In this document: positions 46,500 to 59,517 of the stretch, piece by piece
Position numbering within the stretch: position 1 is the first letter of the stretch
How the letters are laid out: each line of letters starts with the position of its first letter
NCBI GenBank assembly: GCA_964057225.1
Contig: OZ059894.1
Span: 11,780,001-11,844,000, forward strand
Direction of reading: 5' to 3'
Source of the DNA: Auanema rhodensis
Taxonomy: Eukaryota; Animalia; Nematoda
DNA: 64,000 bases
Position numbers and translations under genes: made by a program
The notes under the pieces: generated by a model
Seen by the model: only the letters and a program-made list of their open reading frames with translations
Told to the model about the DNA's origin: nothing
Databases searched by the model: none

Positions 46500-47679
46500 A
46501 CAGTAAAAAGTCCAATCAAGAGAGAAATTTTTTCAACACATAGTTGTTTTTTTTTTAAATATCATTGTTTTTCCTCATAACTCGGTTTAAACTCGTTCTA
46601 ACCCGTTGAAATACGTCTAGAAAGTCTTTATAACATGCATATGTATGATAGAACTTCATATTTATTGTAATAGAAAATTTTATTTTCAGACGTCTTGGTT
46701 AACAATGATATGTTTTACCCCCTTATAATTTTTATCATAATGTTCCTTATACGGAACGCTCAATGAAACTTGCTTCCAGAAAAATTTCTTTCTATTTTTT
46801 CTTCATATGTACGTAGATACTATAGAGAACTATGATAGAAAACTTTAACATTCACGAAATCATCATTTCTCATTACGCTACGGAGGTTTAAAAAGCTGTG
46901 TTTTACCTTATAATAGACCGGAAAACCCTTGTGTTAAAACTGGACCGTTTTTACACATATAAAAATGTCCCGTATTCGGGACCCTAATGTAACTTTTGAT
47001 TCCCTATATTTTTTTTCATGAAATTTACAATCTACTGTAGAAAGAAGAATTATTTTTATAAAAACTGTAAATTTTTGAAAAATGAAAACAAAACGAAAAC
47101 AAAAACAACTTTTTTTTGAACATTTTCTCACACAAGGGTCCCCCCTTACCTACTTTTTTTCTCATTACTCGTTTCAACCTCATCCGATCACTCTGCAAAC
47201 ATGTTTAATCGTTCTAACTTGTTGAAATACGTCTTAAAAGTCTAAACAACATGCATATGCATAATAGAAACCACCCGAATAGGCCCCCACGCACTAAACG
47301 AGATATATACATTACCAGTATAGTAATAGAACACATATTGAAGATTAATTCGATAAGAACAATTTATTGACGTAGAGAATGTTTGTTCCGAAAAACTACA
47401 ATATTAAACTATAAAAGTAACAAAAGCGTAGAGGCAGCAAAGACATGAATAAACATAAATGTAAATACAGAATTACCAGGTAGTACATAAGTATGACAAA
47501 AAATTATAAGAAAGCCATGAAAATAGAAGGTTTGTGAACAAATGAGAGGTACATCTTTGATCGTATAGTCATTTCTAAACCGTTCGTATGCTGCAGCATC
47601 GTCATAAGCGTCACTCAAGTTGAATTTCCATGTGTACTACACGATTTTCATTCTTATTGTTACATTCTTTCCCTGAGGG

Positions 47680-47865
47680 AATGGGCCGTTCCCGCCAGCA
47701 GTGCAAGAGCGGGTCGACCCGTGAGGTGGAGCTAGCAAGCCAGCATCTACCTCAAGTCTCAAAAATCGGTTAACCTTATTGTGAACCAATGGAACACATA
47801 TCGAAGGTTAATTCGATAAGAACGATTACTACACTTTGATCTTAGCCAAAAGGCCGAGAAGCGAT
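47680..47865 (-). ncRNA. U2: U2 snRNA
   Basis: Copy of 2213-2398. Confidence 0.96.
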
Positions 47866-48307
47866 ACAGCATAGCCATGAGTATCAAAGACATCAAGCAA
47901 ATGTATCGTACTTGTTACGAGTGCACTCTCTCATTTGAATATAAAAGTGTGGTTTGACAATCTTGACTGTACAGGTCATAAATGGCTCATATAAACTGTG
48001 GATTTACTCAACTTTTGGACTTATTTTTTTCTTATTCGAAGCGCTGCACTTTTTTCTATTCTTTTTATTCAAATACTTGTATATAGTTTTATATGTACGG
48101 TTGCAAAGTTTCCGAATATTTTATATATTTTTATACAATAATTAGGAGAAGGTTAATACAATGAAATCTCCCAACTTTACAGTGTTTGTATTGCTTACAG
48201 TATCTAGAACAACCACTCTTGTAATATTAGAGCACATATCAATCAACAACTTTTTCTAGTTATCAAAGCTTTTTTATTTCTTCAAGATATTTCAAATAAA
48301 ATATAAA

Positions 48308-48426
48308 AGCTTACGACACCCGGGATTCCCAAGCCGTCTCCGATCCAAGTACTAACCGGGCCCAACGTTGCTTGACTTGCCAGATCGGACGGGATGGCGT
48401 ACTTTCAACGTGGTATGGTCGTAAGC
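48308..48426 (-). rRNA. 5S: 5S rRNA
   Basis: Copy of 364-482. Confidence 0.97.
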
Positions 48427-48667
48427 AATGTTATATTCTTCATTATCAGTTATATCACTCTAAATCTTGTTGTTAATAGTTAGGACCACAAAGAAAACAA
48501 CAGGAACAGTAACAAATGAAATGCCCAAACTTTACAGTGTTCGAGTTATTTACAGTATCTAAGACTACCTCTGTCGTGTTATTAGAGCAAACATTCGATT
48601 AACAACAACTTTTTTTTAGTTATCAAAGCTTTTTTATTTCTTCAAAAAATTTCAAATAAAATATAAA

Positions 48668-48786
48668 AGCTTACGACACCCGGGATTCCCAAGCCGTCTC
48701 CGATCCAAGTACTAACCGGGCCCAACGTTGCTTGACTTGCCAGATCGGACGGGATGGCGTACTTTCAACGTGGTATGGTCGTAAGC
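48668..48786 (-). rRNA. 5S: 5S rRNA
   Basis: Copy of 364-482. Confidence 0.97.
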
Positions 48787-48928
48787 AATGTCATATTCTT
48801 CATTATCAGTTATATCACTCTAAATCTTGTTGTTAATAGATACGACCACAAAGAAAACAACAGGAACAGTAACAATAACAAAAAAAATTTTTTTTTCACC
48901 TATGTGTCTAAAGGTTAGCCATGTATCC

Positions 48929-48980
<52 letters not shown>

Positions 48981-50160
48981 ACAGTAAAAAGTCCAATCAA
49001 GAGAGAAATTTTTTCAACACATAGTTGTTTTTTTTTTAAATATCATTGTTTTTCCTCATAACTCGGTTTAAACTCGTTCTAACCCGTTGAAATACGTCTA
49101 GAAAGTCTTTATAACATGCATATGTATGATAGAACTTCATATTTATTGTAATAGAAAATTTTATTTTCAGACGTCTTGGTTAACAATGATATGTTTTACC
49201 CCCTTATAATTTTTATCATAATGTTCCTTATACGGAACGCTCAATGAAACTTGCTTCCAGAAAAATTTCTTTCTATTTTTTCTTCATATGTACGTAGATA
49301 CTATAGAGAACTATGATAGAAAACTTTAACATTCACGAAATCATCATTTCTCATTACGCTACGGAGGTTTAAAAAGCTGTGTTTTACCTTATAATAGACC
49401 GGAAAACCCTTGTGTTAAAACTGGACCGTTTTTACACATATAAAAATGTCCCGTATTCGGGACCCTAATGTAACTTTTGATTCCCTATATTTTTTTTCAT
49501 GAAATTTACAATCTACTGTAGAAAGAAGAATTATTTTTATAAAAACTGTAAATTTTTGAAAAATGAAAACAAAACGAAAACAAAAACAACTTTTTTTTGA
49601 ACATTTTCTCACACAAGGGTCCCCCCTTACCTACTTTTTTTCTCATTACTCGTTTCAACCTCATCCGATCACTCTGCAAACATGTTTAATCGTTCTAACT
49701 TGTTGAAATACGTCTTAAAAGTCTAAACAACATGCATATGCATAATAGAAACCACCCGAATAGGCCCCCACGCACTAAACGAGATATATACATTACCAGT
49801 ATAGTAATAGAACACATATTGAAGATTAATTCGATAAGAACAATTTATTGACGTAGAGAATGTTTGTTCCGAAAAACTACAATATTAAACTATAAAAGTA
49901 ACAAAAGCGTAGAGGCAGCAAAGACATGAATAAACATAAATGTAAATACAGAATTACCAGGTAGTACATAAGTATGACAAAAAATTATAAGAAAGCCATG
50001 AAAATAGAAGGTTTGTGAACAAATGAGAGGTACATCTTTGATCGTATAGTCATTTCTAAACCGTTCGTATGCTGCAGCATCGTCATAAGCGTCACTCAAG
50101 TTGAATTTCCATGTGTACTACACGATTTTCATTCTTATTGTTACATTCTTTCCCTGAGGG

Positions 50161-50346
50161 AATGGGCCGTTCCCGCCAGCAGTGCAAGAGCGGGTCGACC
50201 CGTGAGGTGGAGCTAGCAAGCCAGCATCTACCTCAAGTCTCAAAAATCGGTTAACCTTATTGTGAACCAATGGAACACATATCGAAGGTTAATTCGATAA
50301 GAACGATTACTACACTTTGATCTTAGCCAAAAGGCCGAGAAGCGAT
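50161..50346 (-). ncRNA. U2: U2 snRNA
   Basis: Copy of 2213-2398. Confidence 0.96.
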
Positions 50347-50788
50347 ACAGCATAGCCATGAGTATCAAAGACATCAAGCAAATGTATCGTACTTGTTACG
50401 AGTGCACTCTCTCATTTGAATATAAAAGTGTGGTTTGACAATCTTGACTGTACAGGTCATAAATGGCTCATATAAACTGTGGATTTACTCAACTTTTGGA
50501 CTTATTTTTTTCTTATTCGAAGCGCTGCACTTTTTTCTATTCTTTTTATTCAAATACTTGTATATAGTTTTATATGTACGGTTGCAAAGTTTCCGAATAT
50601 TTTATATATTTTTATACAATAATTAGGAGAAGGTTAATACAATGAAATCTCCCAACTTTACAGTGTTTGTATTGCTTACAGTATCTAGAACAACCACTCT
50701 TGTAATATTAGAGCACATATCAATCAACAACTTTTTCTAGTTATCAAAGCTTTTTTATTTCTTCAAGATATTTCAAATAAAATATAAA

Positions 50789-50888
50789 AGCTTACGACAC
50801 CCGGGATTCCCAAGCCGTCTCCGATCCAAGTACTAACCGGGCCCAACGTTGCTTGACTGCGTACTTTCAACGTGGTATGGTCGTAAGC
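50789..50888 (-). pseudogene. 5S: 5S rRNA pseudogene with a 19 bp internal deletion (5S nt 31-49)
   Basis: Reads gcttgact|gcgtactt; tgccagatcggacgggatg is missing; 100 nt long. Confidence 0.92.
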
Positions 50889-51129
50889 AATGTTATATTC
50901 TTCATTATCAGTTATATCACTCTAAATCTTGTTGTTAATAGTTAGGACCACAAAGAAAACAACAGGAACAGTAACAAATGAAATGCCCAAACTTTACAGT
51001 GTTCGAGTTATTTACAGTATCTAAGACTACCTCTGTCGTGTTATTAGAGCAAACATTCGATTAACAACAACTTTTTTTTAGTTATCAAAGCTTTTTTATT
51101 TCTTCAAAAAATTTCAAATAAAATATAAA

Positions 51130-51248
51130 AGCTTACGACACCCGGGATTCCCAAGCCGTCTCCGATCCAAGTACTAACCGGGCCCAACGTTGCTTGACTT
51201 GCCAGATCGGACGGGATGGCGTACTTTCAACGTGGTATGGTCGTAAGC
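51130..51248 (-). rRNA. 5S: 5S rRNA
   Basis: Copy of 364-482. Confidence 0.97.
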
Positions 51249-51390
51249 AATGTCATATTCTTCATTATCAGTTATATCACTCTAAATCTTGTTGTTAATA
51301 GATACGACCACAAAGAAAACAACAGGAACAGTAACAATAACAAAAAAAATTTTTTTTTCACCTATGTGTCTAAAGGTTAGCCATGTATCC

Positions 51391-51444
<54 letters not shown>

Positions 51445-52624
51445 ACAGTAAAAAGTCCAATCAAGAGAGAAATTTTTTCAACACATAGTTGTTTTTTTTT
51501 TAAATATCATTGTTTTTCCTCATAACTCGGTTTAAACTCGTTCTAACCCGTTGAAATACGTCTAGAAAGTCTTTATAACATGCATATGTATGATAGAACT
51601 TCATATTTATTGTAATAGAAAATTTTATTTTCAGACGTCTTGGTTAACAATGATATGTTTTACCCCCTTATAATTTTTATCATAATGTTCCTTATACGGA
51701 ACGCTCAATGAAACTTGCTTCCAGAAAAATTTCTTTCTATTTTTTCTTCATATGTACGTAGATACTATAGAGAACTATGATAGAAAACTTTAACATTCAC
51801 GAAATCATCATTTCTCATTACGCTACGGAGGTTTAAAAAGCTGTGTTTTACCTTATAATAGACCGGAAAACCCTTGTGTTAAAACTGGACCGTTTTTACA
51901 CATATAAAAATGTCCCGTATTCGGGACCCTAATGTAACTTTTGATTCCCTATATTTTTTTTCATGAAATTTACAATCTACTGTAGAAAGAAGAATTATTT
52001 TTATAAAAACTGTAAATTTTTGAAAAATGAAAACAAAACGAAAACAAAAACAACTTTTTTTTGAACATTTTCTCACACAAGGGTCCCCCCTTACCTACTT
52101 TTTTTCTCATTACTCGTTTCAACCTCATCCGATCACTCTGCAAACATGTTTAATCGTTCTAACTTGTTGAAATACGTCTTAAAAGTCTAAACAACATGCA
52201 TATGCATAATAGAAACCACCCGAATAGGCCCCCACGCACTAAACGAGATATATACATTACCAGTATAGTAATAGAACACATATTGAAGATTAATTCGATA
52301 AGAACAATTTATTGACGTAGAGAATGTTTGTTCCGAAAAACTACAATATTAAACTATAAAAGTAACAAAAGCGTAGAGGCAGCAAAGACATGAATAAACA
52401 TAAATGTAAATACAGAATTACCAGGTAGTACATAAGTATGACAAAAAATTATAAGAAAGCCATGAAAATAGAAGGTTTGTGAACAAATGAGAGGTACATC
52501 TTTGATCGTATAGTCATTTCTAAACCGTTCGTATGCTGCAGCATCGTCATAAGCGTCACTCAAGTTGAATTTCCATGTGTACTACACGATTTTCATTCTT
52601 ATTGTTACATTCTTTCCCTGAGGG

Positions 52625-52810
52625 AATGGGCCGTTCCCGCCAGCAGTGCAAGAGCGGGTCGACCCGTGAGGTGGAGCTAGCAAGCCAGCATCTACCTCAA
52701 GTCTCAAAAATCGGTTAACCTTATTGTGAACCAATGGAACACATATCGAAGGTTAATTCGATAAGAACGATTACTACACTTTGATCTTAGCCAAAAGGCC
52801 GAGAAGCGAT
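52625..52810 (-). ncRNA. U2: U2 snRNA
   Basis: Copy of 2213-2398. Confidence 0.96.
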
Positions 52811-53252
52811 ACAGCATAGCCATGAGTATCAAAGACATCAAGCAAATGTATCGTACTTGTTACGAGTGCACTCTCTCATTTGAATATAAAAGTGTGGTTT
52901 GACAATCTTGACTGTACAGGTCATAAATGGCTCATATAAACTGTGGATTTACTCAACTTTTGGACTTATTTTTTTCTTATTCGAAGCGCTGCACTTTTTT
53001 CTATTCTTTTTATTCAAATACTTGTATATAGTTTTATATGTACGGTTGCAAAGTTTCCGAATATTTTATATATTTTTATACAATAATTAGGAGAAGGTTA
53101 ATACAATGAAATCTCCCAACTTTACAGTGTTTGTATTGCTTACAGTATCTAGAACAACCACTCTTGTAATATTAGAGCACATATCAATCAACAACTTTTT
53201 CTAGTTATCAAAGCTTTTTTATTTCTTCAAGATATTTCAAATAAAATATAAA

Positions 53253-53371
53253 AGCTTACGACACCCGGGATTCCCAAGCCGTCTCCGATCCAAGTACTAA
53301 CCGGGCCCAACGTTGCTTGACTTGCCAGATCGGACGGGATGGCGTACTTTCAACGTGGTATGGTCGTAAGC
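53253..53371 (-). rRNA. 5S: 5S rRNA
   Basis: Copy of 364-482. Confidence 0.97.
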
Positions 53372-53612
53372 AATGTTATATTCTTCATTATCAGTTATAT
53401 CACTCTAAATCTTGTTGTTAATAGTTAGGACCACAAAGAAAACAACAGGAACAGTAACAAATGAAATGCCCAAACTTTACAGTGTTCGAGTTATTTACAG
53501 TATCTAAGACTACCTCTGTCGTGTTATTAGAGCAAACATTCGATTAACAACAACTTTTTTTTAGTTATCAAAGCTTTTTTATTTCTTCAAAAAATTTCAA
53601 ATAAAATATAAA

Positions 53613-53731
53613 AGCTTACGACACCCGGGATTCCCAAGCCGTCTCCGATCCAAGTACTAACCGGGCCCAACGTTGCTTGACTTGCCAGATCGGACGGGAT
53701 GGCGTACTTTCAACGTGGTATGGTCGTAAGC
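53613..53731 (-). rRNA. 5S: 5S rRNA
   Basis: Copy of 364-482. Confidence 0.97.
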
Positions 53732-53873
53732 AATGTCATATTCTTCATTATCAGTTATATCACTCTAAATCTTGTTGTTAATAGATACGACCACAAAGAA
53801 AACAACAGGAACAGTAACAATAACAAAAAAAATTTTTTTTTCACCTATGTGTCTAAAGGTTAGCCATGTATCC

Positions 53874-53917
<44 letters not shown>

Positions 53918-55096
53918 ACAGTAAAAAGTCCAATCAAGAGAGAAATTTTTTCAACACATAGTTGTTTTTTTTTAAATATCATTGTTTTTCCTCATAACTC
54001 GGTTTAAACTCGTTCTAACCCGTTGAAATACGTCTAGAAAGTCTTTATAACATGCATATGTATGATAGAACTTCATATTTATTGTAATAGAAAATTTTAT
54101 TTTCAGACGTCTTGGTTAACAATGATATGTTTTACCCCCTTATAATTTTTATCATAATGTTCCTTATACGGAACGCTCAATGAAACTTGCTTCCAGAAAA
54201 ATTTCTTTCTATTTTTTCTTCATATGTACGTAGATACTATAGAGAACTATGATAGAAAACTTTAACATTCACGAAATCATCATTTCTCATTACGCTACGG
54301 AGGTTTAAAAAGCTGTGTTTTACCTTATAATAGACCGGAAAACCCTTGTGTTAAAACTGGACCGTTTTTACACATATAAAAATGTCCCGTATTCGGGACC
54401 CTAATGTAACTTTTGATTCCCTATATTTTTTTTCATGAAATTTACAATCTACTGTAGAAAGAAGAATTATTTTTATAAAAACTGTAAATTTTTGAAAAAT
54501 GAAAACAAAACGAAAACAAAAACAACTTTTTTTTGAACATTTTCTCACACAAGGGTCCCCCCTTACCTACTTTTTTTCTCATTACTCGTTTCAACCTCAT
54601 CCGATCACTCTGCAAACATGTTTAATCGTTCTAACTTGTTGAAATACGTCTTAAAAGTCTAAACAACATGCATATGCATAATAGAAACCACCCGAATAGG
54701 CCCCCACGCACTAAACGAGATATATACATTACCAGTATAGTAATAGAACACATATTGAAGATTAATTCGATAAGAACAATTTATTGACGTAGAGAATGTT
54801 TGTTCCGAAAAACTACAATATTAAACTATAAAAGTAACAAAAGCGTAGAGGCAGCAAAGACATGAATAAACATAAATGTAAATACAGAATTACCAGGTAG
54901 TACATAAGTATGACAAAAAATTATAAGAAAGCCATGAAAATAGAAGGTTTGTGAACAAATGAGAGGTACATCTTTGATCGTATAGTCATTTCTAAACCGT
55001 TCGTATGCTGCAGCATCGTCATAAGCGTCACTCAAGTTGAATTTCCATGTGTACTACACGATTTTCATTCTTATTGTTACATTCTTTCCCTGAGGG

Positions 55097-55282
55097 AATG
55101 GGCCGTTCCCGCCAGCAGTGCAAGAGCGGGTCGACCCGTGAGGTGGAGCTAGCAAGCCAGCATCTACCTCAAGTCTCAAAAATCGGTTAACCTTATTGTG
55201 AACCAATGGAACACATATCGAAGGTTAATTCGATAAGAACGATTACTACACTTTGATCTTAGCCAAAAGGCCGAGAAGCGAT
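55097..55282 (-). ncRNA. U2: U2 snRNA
   Basis: Copy of 2213-2398. Confidence 0.96.
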
Positions 55283-55724
55283 ACAGCATAGCCATGAGTA
55301 TCAAAGACATCAAGCAAATGTATCGTACTTGTTACGAGTGCACTCTCTCATTTGAATATAAAAGTGTGGTTTGACAATCTTGACTGTACAGGTCATAAAT
55401 GGCTCATATAAACTGTGGATTTACTCAACTTTTGGACTTATTTTTTTCTTATTCGAAGCGCTGCACTTTTTTCTATTCTTTTTATTCAAATACTTGTATA
55501 TAGTTTTATATGTACGGTTGCAAAGTTTCCGAATATTTTATATATTTTTATACAATAATTAGGAGAAGGTTAATACAATGAAATCTCCCAACTTTACAGT
55601 GTTTGTATTGCTTACAGTATCTAGAACAACCACTCTTGTAATATTAGAGCACATATCAATCAACAACTTTTTCTAGTTATCAAAGCTTTTTTATTTCTTC
55701 AAGATATTTCAAATAAAATATAAA

Positions 55725-55843
55725 AGCTTACGACACCCGGGATTCCCAAGCCGTCTCCGATCCAAGTACTAACCGGGCCCAACGTTGCTTGACTTGCCAG
55801 ATCGGACGGGATGGCGTACTTTCAACGTGGTATGGTCGTAAGC
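55725..55843 (-). rRNA. 5S: 5S rRNA
   Basis: Copy of 364-482; first of three in this unit. Confidence 0.97.
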
Positions 55844-56084
55844 AATGTTATATTCTTCATTATCAGTTATATCACTCTAAATCTTGTTGTTAATAGTTAG
55901 GACCACAAAGAAAACAACAGGAACAGTAACAAATGAAATGCCCAAACTTTACAGTGTTCGAGTTATTTACAGTATCTAAGACTACCTCTGTCGTGTTATT
56001 AGAGCAAACATTCGATTAACAAAAACTTTTTTTTAGTTATCAAAGCTTTTTTATTTCTTCAAAAAATTTCAAATAAAATATAAA

Positions 56085-56203
56085 AGCTTACGACACCCGG
56101 GATTCCCAAGCCGTCTCCGATCCAAGTACTAACCGGGCCCAACGTTGCTTGACTTGCCAGATCGGACGGGATGGCGTACTTTCAACGTGGTATGGTCGTA
56201 AGC
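56085..56203 (-). rRNA. 5S: 5S rRNA (extra copy in a three-gene unit)
   Basis: Copy of 364-482 with hybrid flanks. Confidence 0.97.
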
Positions 56204-56444
56204 AATGTTATATTCTTCATTATCAGTTATATCACTCTAAATCTTGTTGTTAATAGTTAGGACCACAAAGAAAACAACAGGAACAGTAACAAATGAAATG
56301 CCCAAACTTTACAGTGTTCGAGTTATTTACAGTATCTAAGACTACCTCTGTCGTGTTATTAGAGCAAACATTCGATTAACAACAACTTTTTTTTAGTTAT
56401 CAAAGCTTTTTTATTTCTTCAAAAAATTTCAAATAAAATATAAA

Positions 56445-56563
56445 AGCTTACGACACCCGGGATTCCCAAGCCGTCTCCGATCCAAGTACTAACCGGGCCC
56501 AACGTTGCTTGACTTGCCAGATCGGACGGGATGGCGTACTTTCAACGTGGTATGGTCGTAAGC
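56445..56563 (-). rRNA. 5S: 5S rRNA
   Basis: Copy of 364-482. Confidence 0.97.
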
Positions 56564-56705
56564 AATGTCATATTCTTCATTATCAGTTATATCACTCTAA
56601 ATCTTGTTGTTAATAGATACGACCACAAAGAAAACAACAGGAACAGTAACAATAACAAAAAAAATTTTTTTTTCACCTATGTGTCTAAAGGTTAGCCATG
56701 TATCC

Positions 56706-56755
<50 letters not shown>

Positions 56756-57935
56756 ACAGTAAAAAGTCCAATCAAGAGAGAAATTTTTTCAACACATAGT
56801 TGTTTTTTTTTTAAATATCATTGTTTTTCCTCATAACTCGGTTTAAACTCGTTCTAACCCGTTGAAATACGTCTAGAAAGTCTTTATAACATGCATATGT
56901 ATGATAGAACTTCATATTTATTGTAATAGAAAATTTTATTTTCAGACGTCTTGGTTAACAATGATATGTTTTACCCCCTTATAATTTTTATCATAATGTT
57001 CCTTATACGGAACGCTCAATGAAACTTGCTTCCAGAAAAATTTCTTTCTATTTTTTCTTCATATGTACGTAGATACTATAGAGAACTATGATAGAAAACT
57101 TTAACATTCACGAAATCATCATTTCTCATTACGCTACGGAGGTTTAAAAAGCTGTGTTTTACCTTATAATAGACCGGAAAACCCTTGTGTTAAAACTGGA
57201 CCGTTTTTACACATATAAAAATGTCCCGTATTCGGGACCCTAATGTAACTTTTGATTCCCTATATTTTTTTTCATGAAATTTACAATCTACTGTAGAAAG
57301 AAGAATTATTTTTATAAAAACTGTAAATTTTTGAAAAATGAAAACAAAACGAAAACAAAAACAACTTTTTTTTGAACATTTTCTCACACAAGGGTCCCCC
57401 CTTACCTACTTTTTTTCTCATTACTCGTTTCAACCTCATCCGATCACTCTGCAAACATGTTTAATCGTTCTAACTTGTTGAAATACGTCTTAAAAGTCTA
57501 AACAACATGCATATGCATAATAGAAACCACCCGAATAGGCCCCCACGCACTAAACGAGATATATACATTACCAGTATAGTAATAGAACACATATTGAAGA
57601 TTAATTCGATAAGAACAATTTATTGACGTAGAGAATGTTTGTTCCGAAAAACTACAATATTAAACTATAAAAGTAACAAAAGCGTAGAGGCAGCAAAGAC
57701 ATGAATAAACATAAATGTAAATACAGAATTACCAGGTAGTACATAAGTATGACAAAAAATTATAAGAAAGCCATGAAAATAGAAGGTTTGTGAACAAATG
57801 AGAGGTACATCTTTGATCGTATAGTCATTTCTAAACCGTTCGTATGCTGCAGCATCGTCATAAGCGTCACTCAAGTTGAATTTCCATGTGTACTACACGA
57901 TTTTCATTCTTATTGTTACATTCTTTCCCTGAGGG

Positions 57936-58084
57936 AATGGGCCGTTCCCGCCAGCAGTGCAAGAGCGGGTCGACCCGTGAGGTGGAGCTAGCAAGCCAGC
58001 ATCTACCTCAAGTCTCAAAAATCGGTTAACCTTATTGTGAACCAATGGAACACATATCGAAGGTTAATTCGATAAGAACGATTA
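57936..58084 (-). pseudogene. U2: U2 3' part (nt 38-186) downstream of copy 4
   Basis: Same junction aacgatta|atggttt. Confidence 0.93.
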
Positions 58085-58285
58085 ATGGTTTATTGAATAA
58101 CTAATGTTATGAAACAATAAATAACCAATAAAAAAGAGCCCAGAATCGGGGAGACGGTATTACCAGTACAACTTAAAACAGCAAGTGATTAAAAAGTACA
58201 AAATAAAACACATTACCAACAGAGGCTAAAACGACTCAAGAGTCGGGGGAGTGGGTTAAAAAAAGTCGGGGGAGTGGGTTAAAAA
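58085..58285 (-). mobile_element. Extremely 5'-truncated copy 4 (3' UTR only, 201 bp including a ~23 bp internal duplication)
   Basis: Matches the terminal 3' UTR of copy 3; same 3' junction; 84 bp U2 duplication. Confidence 0.93.
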
Positions 58286-58406
58286 ATCTACCTCAAGTCT
58301 CAAAAATCGGTTAACCTTATTGTGAACCAATGGAACACATATCGAAGGTTAATTCGATAAGAACGATTACTACACTTTGATCTTAGCCAAAAGGCCGAGA
58401 AGCGAT
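58286..58406 (-). pseudogene. U2: U2 5' part (nt 1-121) upstream of copy 4
   Basis: atctacctcaagtctc...gaagcgat. Confidence 0.92.
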
Positions 58407-58848
58407 ACAGCATAGCCATGAGTATCAAAGACATCAAGCAAATGTATCGTACTTGTTACGAGTGCACTCTCTCATTTGAATATAAAAGTGTGGTTTGACA
58501 ATCTTGACTGTACAGGTCATAAATGGCTCATATAAACTGTGGATTTACTCAACTTTTGGACTTATTTTTTTCTTATTCGAAGCGCTGCACTTTTTTCTAT
58601 TCTTTTTATTCAAATACTTGTATATAGTTTTATATGTACGGTTGCAAAGTTTCCGAATATTTTATATATTTTTATACAATAATTAGGAGAAGGTTAATAC
58701 AATGAAATCTCCCAACTTTACAGTGTTTGTATTGCTTACAGTATCTAGAACAACCACTCTTGTAATATTAGAGCACATATCAATCAACAACTTTTTCTAG
58801 TTATCAAAGCTTTTTTATTTCTTCAAGATATTTCAAATAAAATATAAA

Positions 58849-58967
58849 AGCTTACGACACCCGGGATTCCCAAGCCGTCTCCGATCCAAGTACTAACCGG
58901 GCCCAACGTTGCTTGACTTGCCAGATCGGACGGGATGGCGTACTTTCAACGTGGTATGGTCGTAAGC
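58849..58967 (-). rRNA. 5S: 5S rRNA
   Basis: Copy of 364-482. Confidence 0.97.
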
Positions 58968-59208
58968 AATGTTATATTCTTCATTATCAGTTATATCACT
59001 CTAAATCTTGTTGTTAATAGTTAGGACCACAAAGAAAACAACAGGAACAGTAACAAATGAAATGCCCAAACTTTACAGTGTTCGAGTTATTTACAGTATC
59101 TAAGACTACCTCTGTCGTGTTATTAGAGCAAACATTCGATTAACAACAACTTTTTTTTAGTTATCAAAGCTTTTTTATTTCTTCAAAAAATTTCAAATAA
59201 AATATAAA

Positions 59209-59327
59209 AGCTTACGACACCCGGGATTCCCAAGCCGTCTCCGATCCAAGTACTAACCGGGCCCAACGTTGCTTGACTTGCCAGATCGGACGGGATGGCG
59301 TACTTTCAACGTGGTATGGTCGTAAGC
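59209..59327 (-). rRNA. 5S: 5S rRNA
   Basis: Copy of 364-482. Confidence 0.97.
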
Positions 59328-59469
59328 AATGTCATATTCTTCATTATCAGTTATATCACTCTAAATCTTGTTGTTAATAGATACGACCACAAAGAAAACA
59401 ACAGGAACAGTAACAATAACAAAAAAAATTTTTTTTTCACCTATGTGTCTAAAGGTTAGCCATGTATCC

Positions 59470-59517
<48 letters not shown>

